NCBI RefSeq assembly: GCF_004010195.1
Contig: NC_057750.1
Coordinates: 3,282,761 to 3,346,760, forward strand
Reading direction: 5' to 3'
Source: Chiloscyllium plagiosum
Lineage: Eukaryota
DNA: 64,000 bases
The notes under the pieces are model-generated. The model was given only the letters and a program-made list of their open reading frames with translations. It was not told the origin of the DNA and did no database searches. Positions 12,533-24,135 of the stretch are shown piece after piece. The position numbers were made by a program, and so were the translations under genes. Every line of letters starts with the position of its first letter. Within the stretch, counting starts at the first letter, position 1.

Positions 12533-15110
12533 AATAGAACATTGAACATTACAGCCCAGTACAGGCCCTTTGGCCCTTGATGTTGCATCACCCTGTGAAA
12601 CCAATCTGAAGCTCATTTAACCAACACTATTCCATTTTTGTCCATATGCCTATCCAATGATCATTTAAATGCCCTTAAAGTTGGCAAGTCTACTGCTGTA
12701 GCAGGCAGTGCATTCCACGTCCCTACTATTCCGAGTAAAGAAAAGACCTCTGCTATCTGTCCTATATCTATCATCCCTCAATTTAAAGCTACACCCTCTC
12801 GTGCTAGTCATCACCATCTGAGGAAAAAGACTCTCCCTGTCCACCCTATCTAACCCTCTGATTATCTTGTATGTCTCAATGAAGTCACCTCTCAACCTTC
12901 TTCTCTCTAATGAAAACAGCCTCAAGTCTCTCAGCCTTTCCTCATAAGACCTCCCCTTCATACCAGGCAACATCCTAGTAAATCTCCTATGAAGCCCTTT
13001 CCAAAGCTTCCACATCCTTCCTATAATGCGGTGAGCAGAACTGCATGCAATATTCCAAGTGTGGCCGCACCAGAGTTTTGTACAGCTGCAGCATGATCTC
13101 ATGGTTGCGAAACTCAATCCCTCTACTAATAAAAGCTAACACACCGTATGCCTTCCTAACAACCCTATCAACCTGGGTGGCAACTTTCAGAGGTCTCTAT
13201 ACATCAGACACAGAGATCTCTCTGCTCATTTACACTACCAAGAATCTTACCTACCAAGATTCTTACCATTAGCCCAGTACTCTGCATTTATGTTATTCCG
13301 TCCAAAATGAATCACCTCACACTTTTCCACATTAAACTCCATTTTCCACCTCTCAGCCCAGCACTGCAGCTTATCGATGTCCCTCTATAACCTACAACAT
13401 CCTTCGGAACAATCCACAACTGTACCGACCTCAATGTCTGTCTGCAAGTTTACTAATCCATCCTTCTACACCCTCATCCTGGTCGTTTATATAAAAATGA
13501 CAAACAGCAGTGGACCCAAAACAGATCCTTGCAGTACACCACTAGTATCTGAATTCCAAGATGAACATTTCCCATCACCCTGTCTTCTTTCAGCTAGCCA
13601 ATTTCTGGTCCAAACCACTAACTCACCCTTAATCCCATGTCTCTGTATTTTGTGCAATAGCCTACCATGTGAACCTTATCAGACACCTTACTGAAATCCA
13701 TACACACCACATCAACCGCTGTTTTGTCACCTTTTCAAAGAACTCAATAAGTTTTGTGAAGCACGACCTACCCTTCATAAAACCGTGTTGACTTTCCAAC
13801 ACTTTACCCTCAACCAAAGTAAGGCTCACTGGTCTATAATTACCAGGGTTGTCTCTACTCCCCTTCTTGAACAAGGGAACAATATTTGCTATCCTCTAGT
13901 CTTCTGGCCCTATTCCTGTAGACAATGACATAAAGATCAAAGCCAAACGCTCAGCAATCTCCTCCCTGGCTTCTCAGAAAATCTGAAGATAAATTTGATC
14001 CGGCTCAGGGGACTTATCCATTTATACACTTGCCAGAATTCCTAACATCTCCTCATTGTGAAATTCAATCCCATCTAATCTAGTAGCCTGTATCTAAGTA
14101 TTCTCCTTGACAACATGGTCATTTTCTAGAATGAACACTGACTAAAAATATTCATTTAGCACTTCCCCATCTCCTCTGACTCCACGCACAACTTCCCACT
14201 ACTGTCCTTGATTGGCCCTAATCTCATCATTCTTTTATTCCTAATATACCTATAGAAAGGTTTTCCCTGATCCTATCCGCTACCAACTTCTCATGTCCCC
14301 TCTCGCTCAACTTAGCTCTCTCTTTAGGTCTTTCCTGACTACCTTGTACCTCTGGAGCACCCTAACTGAGCCTTCACATCTCATCCTAACATAAACCTTC
14401 TTCTTTCTCTTGACAAGAGCTTCAACTTCCTTAGTAAACCATGGGCTCCCACACATGACAACTTCCTCCCTGCCTGGCAGGTACATACTGACCAAGGTCA
14501 CATAGGAGCTGTTCCTTGAATAAGCAGCACATTTCAATTGAGCCCATCCCCTGCAGTTTCCTTCCCTATCCTATGCATCCTAAATCTTGCCCAATCGCAT
14601 CGTAATTGTTTTCCCCCAGCAATAACTCTTGTCCTGCAGTATATACCTGTCCCTTTCCATCGCTAAAGTAAGCATAACTGAAATGTGGTCACTACTGCCA
14701 AAGTGCTCACCCACCTCCAAATCTAACACCTGGCTGGGTTCATTACCCAGTACCATCTATTGTGGCCTCGCCCCTTGCTGGCCTGTCGACATACTGTGTC
14801 AGGAAACCCGCCTGCACACACTGGACAAAAACTGACCCATCTAAAGTACTGGAACTATAGTATTCCCAGTCAATATTTGGAAAGTTAAATTCCCCCATAA
14901 CGACTACCCTGTTGCTATTGCTCCTATCCAGAATCATCTCGGCTATCCTTTCCTCTACTTCCCTGGAACTATTTGGAGGCCTATAGGAAACTCCCAAAAG
15001 GGTGAGCTCTCCTTTCCGGTTTCTGAGCTCAGCCCATACTACCTCAGTAGATGAGTCCTCAAATGTCCTTTCTGCAACTATAATACTGTCCTTAACTAAC
15101 AATGCCACTA
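12533..15110 (-). mobile_element. CR1 LINE, about 2.6 kb ORF2 remnant (endonuclease to C-terminus)
   Basis: ORFs with YRPPNS..VVMGEFNFPNIDW, FKKGSRDNPGNYRPVSLT, FSLERRRLRGD. Confidence 0.9.
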
Positions 15111-15415
15111 ATAATCTAGCCTCCAAATGTAGGAAACCTTTTTTATCCTCCACATAACGATAAGGATAGTGTCAGAAAGTGATTACGGAGAAGAAAATAC
15201 TGTTGCAAAAATCTATGTTGTCATACCAGGTTTAAGTGAACTGAAGCATCACAATTGCAACCAAGCTGCCATGTCAGAGGTCAAGTTGAACAAAATCTAA
15301 CATCAAAAAGATGCCTTCTAATTCATACAGATCCAAGGCAATTAGTTATATTTTAATTGGGAGCCTCTAACATGACACAAGTATAACATAACACAGTCTG
15401 AGACACTTTACTCAC

Positions 15416-15490
15416 CCAGAAATCCTGGAAATGGCAGGTCTCCAGTAAATCACCGAGATTCAGGATTTGCTGGATTGGTCGTTCTTCCTG
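15416..15490 (-). CDS. EIF3K: EIF3K exon 4 (QEERPIQQILNLGDLLETCHFQDFW)
   Basis: 75 nt, acceptor aaacag|CAG, donor GTGAGT. Confidence 0.96.
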
Positions 15491-17043
15491 CTGTTTAAGC
15501 TCCATTAAGGAAGATCAATCTCAATACTTTCAGCAGGGCTTTGTGTCATGCTTCAAAAACAAGGATTATTTTTAAAAACATTCAATCTTTGCCACTTAAC
15601 GTGCAGTTACCTAGATGAGATAGACAGAGTAAACCATTTGACAATCCCACAAGAGTGACACATGCATCCAATTTAATGGTAATTCTTCACATCCTGTTAA
15701 CTCCACCCAGGAAAACTTGCAGTTTCCCTATCTGTGACATTCACTTTGCCAACAGATCGATTTCTCTGGGCCAGTACAGGAAATGAATGAGAATTGCATC
15801 TCGACTCATTTGGTATTATAGGAGAAAGTGAGGGCCGGAGATCAGAGTCAAAAAGTGTGATGCTGGGAAAGCATAGTACATCAGGCAGCATCTGAACAGG
15901 AGAAACATCAGGAACTCCTCAAGGGCTTATGCCCGAAACGCCGATCCTCCTGCTCCTCAGATGCTGCCTGACCAGCTGTGCTTTTCAGCGCCACACTTTT
16001 CGACTAATTTGCTATTATAGTCAGCAGCAGAGACCACAAGGATCATAGTAACGGCTTCATTATCCACCTCATAATGAGCAAATTCTATTACTACACAGAT
16101 GTGCCCACTATTATAAGTGGCAGGGACTACATCTCAAAATGCAACCAATATGGCAACAGCAGTGAGGGAGGACAGTGTAAAGATCACATGGAGCTTCAGC
16201 AACAGTACTCAGAAGAATCAGAATCGGTACAACTTTTCAGAAGCCAGAAAAGTTGCAAAACTCGTTTCAAGCAAAAACTGGACAGAATGGTACCATCAGA
16301 GCTCCTTTGAAGGCACACTGTGTCAATACTGGATCTGATGTACAAAGCTGTAGATACTTAACTCTGCATAAAATGGAATTTTTATTCACTCGTACGAAGT
16401 GGGCATTGTTGGCTGGGCCACTATTTATTGTCCATCCCTAGCTGCCCTTCAGAAGGTGGTAGTACACATTGGTAGAATGTGGCTGTTTGTCCCATTAAGT
16501 CTGTGCTGGTTCTTTAAATCCACAATCTTATCAGGGATGAATATGAAAGAAAAAAAAAAATCAAGACACTGTAGTACAGCAACATGAGATTTGGATCTTA
16601 AAAACTGAGGGAGGTAAACAGTTCCAACAGAGTGGGATGTAAATGTGGAATATGTTAATTATTTTTCCATTCATTCTCAGGATGAGGGCATCGCTGGCTC
16701 AGCCAGCATTTATTGCCCATCGGAGGACTGTTAAGCATCAACCACACTGATGTGGATCTGGAGTCAAACGTAGGCTAGTCCAGGTAAAGATGGCAGTTTC
16801 CTTGCTTAAAGGACATTAGTGTAACAGATTGGCTTTTACAACAATGACAATAGATTCATGGTCATCATTAGATTCTTAATTCCAGATATTTTCAGTCCGA
16901 TTTTTCTCAGTCTTCACTTTCCCCTTTTACTGGAGTACAAAAAACCAAGCACTCTGATATATTAGTTGCCTCCATTTGTTGATGGAAGGCAGAAGCTAGT
17001 AAACAAACCCATGCTGAAGCAGCAGCCTCTCTTATAAGGATAC
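15491..17043 (-). other. U12-type (minor spliceosome) GT-AG intron, EIF3K intron 3
   Basis: Donor GTATCCTT; branch site TTCCTTAAT (15512-15504) about 14 nt from the AG; no polypyrimidine tract. Confidence 0.9.
15821..16005. mobile_element. PLE-derived short fold-back element, family A, inside the U12 intron
   Basis: Inverted arms; AAGGGCTTATGCCCGAAAC hammerhead remnant; near-TSD ATTTGGTATTATA / ATTTGCTATTATA. Confidence 0.75.
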
Positions 17044-17164
17044 ATGTGTCTGGTCAATCATACATTTACAGAGTGTAAAATCAGTGTGTGGCAGATTCGT
17101 CAGCGCTTTTAGCAAGATCTGTGCGGTGACAGTGGTCTGGAAGAAGGCAGGATTGAACTGATAC
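17044..17164 (-). CDS. EIF3K: EIF3K exon 3 ([40 protein letters not shown])
   Basis: 121 nt, CAG acceptor, donor GTATCCTT (U12-type). Confidence 0.97.
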
Positions 17165-17904
17165 CTGCAAGGAAAAGACAGGTAAATAGATCAGTGAGAG
17201 AGTCATTTCTGCACATTCTTTTAAATTTGGGGAAGTCCCTTTCTTCCGATTTCCTTTCAGTTAGTCATTAATTGAGAAACAGAAAAACCAAACTGATCTC
17301 AGCTCTGGCCAATACTGCAAACTAAGCATCCCCTAACAGAAGATGAAGAGAGATGGTGCTGGAGGGAGGTTCATGCAAGGCATTCGTTATGGGAAAACTA
17401 AAATATTGGGAGGGTTTGGAGAAAAGACAGAGATTTAGGTGAACTGCTCCAGCAGAGGGCCAGAATAGACAGAAGAACCAAATAATATCCATCTGTGCTA
17501 ATAACCAATCCAAGATTCTATGTTGACCGAGCTGGTTTCAAGGAGGGGTACCATAATTCACTTCTGCAACCGGAGGTTAGGAATAAGATAATCTGTCAGC
17601 AGGAGTTGAGTCCCGCTAAGAGACTACTGTGCAAGAACTCTACGTTCATACATCAGTAACAAGTGAAATGATAGATAGTGGCCGGCGCTCTGAAGCTGGA
17701 AACTGTTCTCCCCCAACAATAAATCAGTATCTCCAAGAAAGGAGAAGTGAAAAGTGGAAAGGGAGAAGATATTCAGGCTTCTTGAAGTTAAAGAAAATCC
17801 AACTGCTGAATAAGAACAGAAAATGCAGGAAACGTTCAGGTATCTATGGAGTGAGAAACTGTTAACATTTCAGGTCAATGAGAATTCTAAAGAGGTATAC
17901 ATAC

Positions 17905-18003
17905 AGTTTAAGAACAGCCAGATTGGCTTCCAGATCATATGCGTTCTCTCTGGCCTGTGTCTCCACATAACGTTCCAATGTTGACAGATTCTCAGGGTTA
18001 TAC
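17905..18003 (-). CDS. EIF3K: EIF3K exon 2 ([33 protein letters not shown])
   Basis: 99 nt, TAG acceptor and GTATGT donor, phase consistent, near-identical to vertebrate eIF3k. Confidence 0.97.
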
Positions 18004-19227
18004 CTATGGAGGAAAGAGGATACAATTGGTGATGCCTTCTTCTCTCAAACATTCAAAGGCCTGAATTAATAACCCTGAGAACAGGTGCAAAATCCCACTA
18101 TGGCAGTTTGCAAATTTGAAATTGGTTAAAATAATCTGAAAAATCTTGAATCAATTAATAGGTATAAGCAGCTGTTAGATTGCGAGAAACAGAGAACAGT
18201 TTCTTCAGGGTGAGAATAAAACAAGATTTTGACGAACAGTCACTGGATTCAAGACATTAGCTCTGTTCAAGAGGGGAAATAGGGATAATCCAGGAAAATA
18301 TAGATAGTGAGTCTCACATTAGTGGTTGGGAAGTTACTGGAGAAAATTCTTAGGGATGTGATTTACGCGCATCTGAGAAAGTGGGGCAAGTCATGTTTCA
18401 CTAACTTGATTGAATTTTTCGAGGAGGGGATGAAGGTAATCAATGCTGGTAAAGCACTGGATATTATCTACATGGATTTTAGTAGGGCTTTCAACAAAGT
18501 CCCTCATTTTAGGTTAATCCAGAATATCAAGATGCATGGGATCAACAGTGACTTGGCCTCGTGGATTGAGAAGTGGCTTGCCCACTTATGATAGAGGGTC
18601 GTGGTTGAAAGGTGTATTCCTGGCTGGAGGTCTGTAAATAGTGCTTTTTATTTTAGATTAGATTAGATTAGATTCCATACAGTATGGAAAGAGGCCCTTC
18701 AGCCCAACAAGTCCACACCAACCCTCTGAAGTGTAACCCACCCAGACCCATTCCCCTACCCTATTTCTACCCATGACTAATGCATCTAACACTATGGGCA
18801 ATTTAGCATCGCCAATTTACCTGGCCAGCACGTCTTGGATTGTGGGAAGAAACCCAGAATATCCAAAGGAAACCCACACAGAATATTGACTTGGATGAAA
18901 ATGTAGATGGGTGGGGTAGTAAGCTTGCAGATGGTACAAAGATCGGCGAAGTTGTGGATAGGATAGAAGGTTGTCAAAAACGATTCAGTAAGATGCAGAT
19001 CAGTTGCAGATATGGATGGAGAAATGGCAGATGGGAGTTTAATTTGTCTAAGTGTGAGGTGCTGCACTCTGGGAGATCAAACATTAAGGTAATGTATACA
19101 GTTAATTGCAGGACACTGAACAGCATGGATGTATAGGGGGATGTTGGGGTTCAAATCCATACCTCCCTGAAAGTGGCCCCGCAAGTAGATAAGGTGGTAA
19201 AGATGCCAAACAGCTTACTTTTATTGG

Positions 19228-20593
19228 GGTGTAGGTTTGCTCGCTGAGCTGTAGGTTTGATATCCAGACGTTTCATTACCTGGCTAGGTAACATCATCAG
19301 TGGTGACCTCCAAGTGAAGCAAAGCTGTTGTCTCCTGCTTTCTAAGTATAGGTTTGTCCTGGATAGGGTTCCTGGGGTTTGTGGTGATGTAATTTCCGGT
19401 TCGTTTTCTGAGGGGTTGATAGATGGTATCTAGATCTATGTGTTTGTTTATGGCGTTGTGGTTGGAGTGCCAGGCCTCTAGGAATTCTCTGGCATCTCTT
19501 TGCTTAGCCTGTCCCAGGATAGATGTGTTGTCCCAGTCGAAATGGTGGTTTTTTTTCATCCGTGTGTAGGGNNNNNNNNNNNNNNNNNNNNNNNNNNNNN
19601 NNNNNNNNNNNNNNNNNNNNNNNNNNNNNNNNNNNNNNNNNNNNNNNNNNNNNNNNNNNNNNNNNNNNNNNNNNNNNNNNNNNNNNNNNNNNNNNNNNNN
19701 NNNNNNNNNNNNNNNNNNNNNNNNNNNNNNNNNNNNNNNNNNNNNNNNNNNNNNNNNNNNNNNNNNNNNNNNNNNNNNNNNNNNNNNNNNNNNNNNNNNN
19801 NNNNNNNNNNTGTGTGTGTTGGGATGGTTGCTGGTGTAGTTAAGTATTTGGTCAGTGTTTGTCGGTTTTCTGTATACGCAGGTTTGTAGTTCTCCGTTGT
19901 CCTTTCTTTCGACTGTGACATCCAGGAATGCGAGTTTGTTGTCGGTTTCTTCCTCCTTTGTGAACTTTATGCCTATGAGGGTGTTGTTGATGATGTTAAA
20001 TGCCTCTTCTATCTTGTTTCGTTTTGTGATGACAAAGGTGTTATCTACGTAGCGGACCCAGATTTTTGGTTTGATGGTTGGTAGGGCTGTTTGTTCTAGT
20101 CTTTGCATTACTGCTTCTGCTATGAATCCTGATAGCGGACATCCCATGGGTGCGCCATTGGTTTGTTTGTAGACTATCTTGTTGAAGGTGAACGGGTGGT
20201 GAGGCACAGGTCCACTAGCTTCATAATGTTTTCATTGGTAATGTGATTGATGTGAGCTATCTGGGACACGCTAAGCAAAGACATGCCAGAGAATTCCTAG
20301 AGGCCTGGCACTCCAACCACAACGCCATAAACAAACACATAGATCTAGATACCATCTATCAACCCCTCAGAAAACATACAGGAAATGACATCATCACAAA
20401 CCCCAGGAACCCCATCCAGGACAAACATATAAATAGAAAGCAGGAGACAACAGCTTCGCTTCACTTGGAGGTCACCACCGATGATGATACCTAGCCAGGT
20501 AATGAAACGTCTGGATATCAAACCTACAGCTCAACGAGCAAACTTACACCCTAAACCTCAACTTGAGCTACAAACCTTCGCAAACATTGCAAA
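19228..20593 (-). mobile_element. Penelope-like retroelement (RT plus C-terminal endonuclease region) with an inverted copy of its 3' end
   Basis: ORF with YKQTNGAPMGCPLS...WVRYVDN and HHFDWDNTSILGQAKQRDAREFLEAWH. 20256-20551 is an inverted copy of 19228-19522. 13-bp TSD TTACTTTTATTGG. Confidence 0.92.
19264..19303 (-). ncRNA. Minimal type-I hammerhead ribozyme motif in the PLE terminal repeat
   Basis: CCA-CUGAUGA-U-GUUACCU/AGCC/AGGUAAU-GAAAC-GUC-UGG: intact core, stem II, 3-bp stem I. Confidence 0.75.
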
Positions 20594-21169
20594 TTACTTT
20601 TATTGGTTGGGGAATTTAGTACAAGAGTCAAAATGTCATGTTGCAGCTTTATAAGATTTTGGTTAGGCCACATTTACAGCATTACATTCTATTGTGGTCA
20701 CAGAAGAGGTTTACCAGGATGCTGCCTGGATTAGAGGGTATGAGCTAGAAAAACTCAGGGTGTGTCTCTGGAATAGCAGAGGCTGAGGGGAGACTTGGTA
20801 GAAGTCTATAAAATTATGAGATGCAAAGATAGGGTTGATGGTCAGAATCTTTTCCCCCCAGAGTTGAAATGTCTAATACTAGGGGGCATGTATTTAAGGT
20901 GAGAGGGGCAAAGTTCAAAGGCAATGTTGTAGAGATATAACCAGCACGGAAACAGATCCTTCGGTCTAACTCGTTCATGCCAACCAGATGCCATCCCAAA
21001 TAAGTCTAGTTCCATTTGCCAGTATTTGGCCCATATCCCTCTAAACCCTTCCTATTCATATACCCATCCAGATGCCTTTTAAATGTTATAATTGTACCTG
21101 CCTCTACCACTTCCTCTGGCAACTCAATCCATACACTCACCAACCTCTGCTAGAAAAAGTTGGCCTTTA

Positions 21170-21714
21170 TGAGATATTAAAGAGTTAATTTGGTCCATTG
21201 ACCTGCAAGAAATTCAATGTCCTGTGGTGTGTCTTTGTCTTATAGCTGGAATGTGGGAGGTTTACATGGCCATTTCCTTGCCATTCAGGGATGATTTACA
21301 TTTTCATTCAGAAATCCATAAGAACATTACATTTGGAATTTGACTACTCCCCTATAGTTACAAAAAATGATTTGCAACAGATTTGACCATTAAGGGATGA
21401 TTTGCATTTCATTGTTTATGGAGGTGGGGTGGTCTCTGCATGGTATCTTGAGTGGCATGTGACGGTGAGGGGATGGTTGGAGGCTTGTCTTGTGGACATT
21501 ACTAACTGTGATGGAAAGATTTTGTATAAAGGAAAGACTGTTTCCTTTGTTCAGAGAAAGCTTTTGCTACGACCCCGTAAGCCCTGCGAGGTGTGTTAAA
21601 GGTTTCTCCAAAGCTTGTACTATATTGTGCTTAATAAATTTTGCTTGTTCACAAAAGTTGGCATTTGTAGCTGCATCGAGTGTGTAAGAATCTCAAGAGT
21701 AAAAGAACTTAACA
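21170..21714 (+). mobile_element. Probable solo LTR (ERV/Gypsy-like), 545 bp
   Basis: TG...CA ends, TATAAA at about 21525, AATAAA at 21633, cleanly interrupts a CR1, degenerate 4-bp TSD (TTTA / CTCA). Confidence 0.55.
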
Positions 21715-22984
21715 CTCAGGTCCCTTTTAAATCTTTCCCCCTCACCTTAAACCTATGCCCTCTAGTTTTTGACTCTCCCACCCCAAGGAAAAGACATTGC
21801 TATTACCCTATCCACACCCCTCATGATTTTACAAACCTCGATAAAGTCACCCCTCAGCATCTGACACTCCAGGGAAAACAGTCCATTCAGTCTTTTCCTA
21901 TAGCTCAAACCCTCCAACCCTGGCTACATCCTTGTAAATCTTTTCTGAACTCTTTCCGATAGCAGGGAGACCAGAATTGCATGCATGCAGTATTCCAACA
22001 GCAGCCTGACTATACAACTGCAACATGACCTCCCAACTCCTATACTCGATGCACTGTCACTGTCCAATAAAGGCAAGCATACCAAACACCATCTTTACTA
22101 TTCTATTTGTGGCTCCAATTTCAAAGAACTATGAACCTGCACTCCAAGGTCTCTTTGTTCATCAACACTCCCCAGGACTTTCCCATTAAGTGTATAAGTC
22201 CTGCTCTGATTTGCTTTTCCAAAATGCAGCATCGTGCATTTATCTAAATTAAACTCCATCTGCCATTCCTCTGCCCATTGGCCCTTTGATCAAGATCCCA
22301 TTGTACTCTGAGGTACCTTCTAGGTTATACCTTCTAGGTTAACATCCAAATCATTTATATAAATGATGAAAAGCAGTGGACCAAACACCAATCCTTGTGG
22401 TCATAGGCCTCAAGTCTGAAAAGCCACCTTTCACCACCACCCTCTGTCTTCTGCCTTTGTGCCAGTTCTGTATCCAATAGGCTAGTTCTCCCTGTATTCC
22501 ATATGATCGAACCTGGCTAACAAGTCTACCATGGGGAACCTTGTCAAACGCCTTAACTGAAATCCATACAGATCACTTCTACTGCTCTGCCCTCATCCAT
22601 TCTCATTGTCACTTCCTCATAAAAACTCAGTGGGAGTAATCTGGAACGCACAGCTCTGGGTGATGGTGGAGTCAGATATGATAGGAGCTTTTAAGGAACT
22701 TTTAGATGAGCATATGAACATGTAAGGGATGGAGGGACATGGACAAAAGATTAGTCTAACTTGGTGTCATGTTCAGCACAACATCATAAGCCAAAGGGCC
22801 CATTCTATGAGTCAATGGCTATCAGACTGTGATTGGAACACAAAATGATCAGCCATGGTTTTATTGGATGAATTAGCCCCTGAGCTTATTGAATGGCAGA
22901 GGAGGTTTTAAGTGGCTGAATGGGCTATTCTGCTCTTAACTCTAATGTTCCAGGCCTTGGTGGCAAGAGAAAGGTCACCATATT

Positions 22985-23293
22985 GGAGTGAGGGGCTAGG
23001 GGTGAGAGTGCTGCGTCTTTCGAACGAAACACTGAAGCGAGGTCCCCTATTTGTCAGGGCGGTTCCGAAAGGAGAGAGAAGGGAGGAGGTGGAAGAGAAA
23101 CTGCTCCTGGTGTCCCGGCAGCCCACACGGAATCATTTCCTATCCAGGTGACTGTGGGATATTGCTGTGCCCTGACAGCCTGCCGCCTTTCCCGCGTTAG
23201 GAGAGCGACTTCGGAGAGGACCGCATTGGTTCTCAGCGGCTGAGGAGGAGTGGGAGCTGTGCTGAGGTCGTGTCAGGCGCTACACCGATGCAG
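22985..23293 (+). mobile_element. Ancient SINE (Deu-domain-like family) within the EIF3K CpG island
   Basis: Shares blocks (GTGGGATxTTGCTGTG; tail GAGGTxGTG) with copies at about 43985-44225, 45375, 57745 and 59300-59710. Confidence 0.5.
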
Positions 23294-23368
23294 ACAATTG
23301 TTGCTGCAGGCAGCCGAACAGAGGTTGCTATGGGCCCGCCGCCTGCCCCCGGGCTCTGCCTTTCTCAC

Positions 23369-23427
23369 CGGTCGATGCCTTTCAGCAACTTGCCCACATT
23401 GGCCCTCATCTGCTCGATGGCGCTCAT
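23369..23427 (-). CDS. EIF3K: Eukaryotic translation initiation factor 3 subunit K, coding exon 1 (MSAIEQMRANVGKLLKGIDR)
   Basis: Manual translation matches the eIF3k N-terminus (human MAMFEQMRANVGKLLKGIDR). ATG at 23427, 59 nt, donor GTGAGA. Confidence 0.96.
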
Positions 23428-23429
23428 GC

Positions 23430-23625
23430 CTGCAGCTCCGGTCTCTCTCTCTCTCCTTCGGGCCTGGAACAAGCGGCGATGCCTCGACACACGCGACTCC
23501 ACCAGCCCCGTTCAGGTCAAAGGGGAAAGCGACCGCCGAGCATGCGCAGAGGCCCCCACCCGCCAGACGAGCACATGCGCAGGACCACAGCCGACGACGG
23601 CATATGGCGCATGCGCACTTCCCCA
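23430..23625 (-). promoter_or_regulatory. EIF3K CpG-island promoter and 5'UTR: three NRF1-type sites, GC box, TOP-like tract
   Basis: NRF1-like motifs at 23538-23548, 23571-23581 and 23607-23617; CCCCACCCGCC; CTTTCCCCTTT on minus at 23529-23519; CpG-rich. Confidence 0.75.
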
Positions 23626-23897
23626 AACTCCCAGACTGTCTTATGTTTCATATTCTCCAGCCCATCTGTCTTACAAATACGGAGGAACCGATTTTTTTTA
23701 AGCAGACAATTATTGCACAGATAATAAACTATGCTTACTCTTGTTTATCTGTGCGGTGCAATTATTTTCCAATGCTTAAAGTCAATTCCCTTCATAATAT
23801 TTTTTTTGTCTACCTACAGATAAACCATAAGATACAGAGCTGACTTAGGCCAGTTAGATTGGCCCATCAAGTCTGTTTCACCATTCGATCATGGTTA

Positions 23898-24135
23898 GAG
23901 ACAAAAAAAACTGCAAATGCTAGATTCCAAGGTAGACAAGCAGGAAGCTGAAAGATCAGAGTGGTCCTGAAGAAGGCTTAGATCCAAAACGTCAACTTCT
24001 CCACCTCCTGATGCTGCCTGGCTTGCTGTGTTCTTCCAGCCTCCTGCCTGTCTACCTAGAAGAATAGAGCAAGCCAGGCAGCATCAGGCAGTGGAGAAGT
24101 CAATTTTTTGGGTGTAACCCTTCTTCAGAACTCTG
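23898..24135. mobile_element. PLE-derived inverted element, family C
   Basis: CTGAAGA-AGGCTTAGATCC-AAAAC-GTC at 23967-23993, and an inverted copy (CTGAAGA-AGGGTTACACCC on minus) at about 24100-24131. Confidence 0.65.

Larger units (their letters stand above)
18270..22812 (+). mobile_element. CR1 LINE acting as host for nested insertions (SINE 18650-18880, PLE 19228-20593, reverse CR1 20930-22625, LTR 21170-21714)
   Basis: CR1 ORF2 sequence resumes colinearly after each insert. Confidence 0.8.

Noticed and set aside
23250..23843. 197-aa and 143-aa plus-strand ORFs at the EIF3K promoter
   Set aside because: Antisense to EIF3K exon 1 in GC-rich, stop-poor DNA; no recognisable domain.
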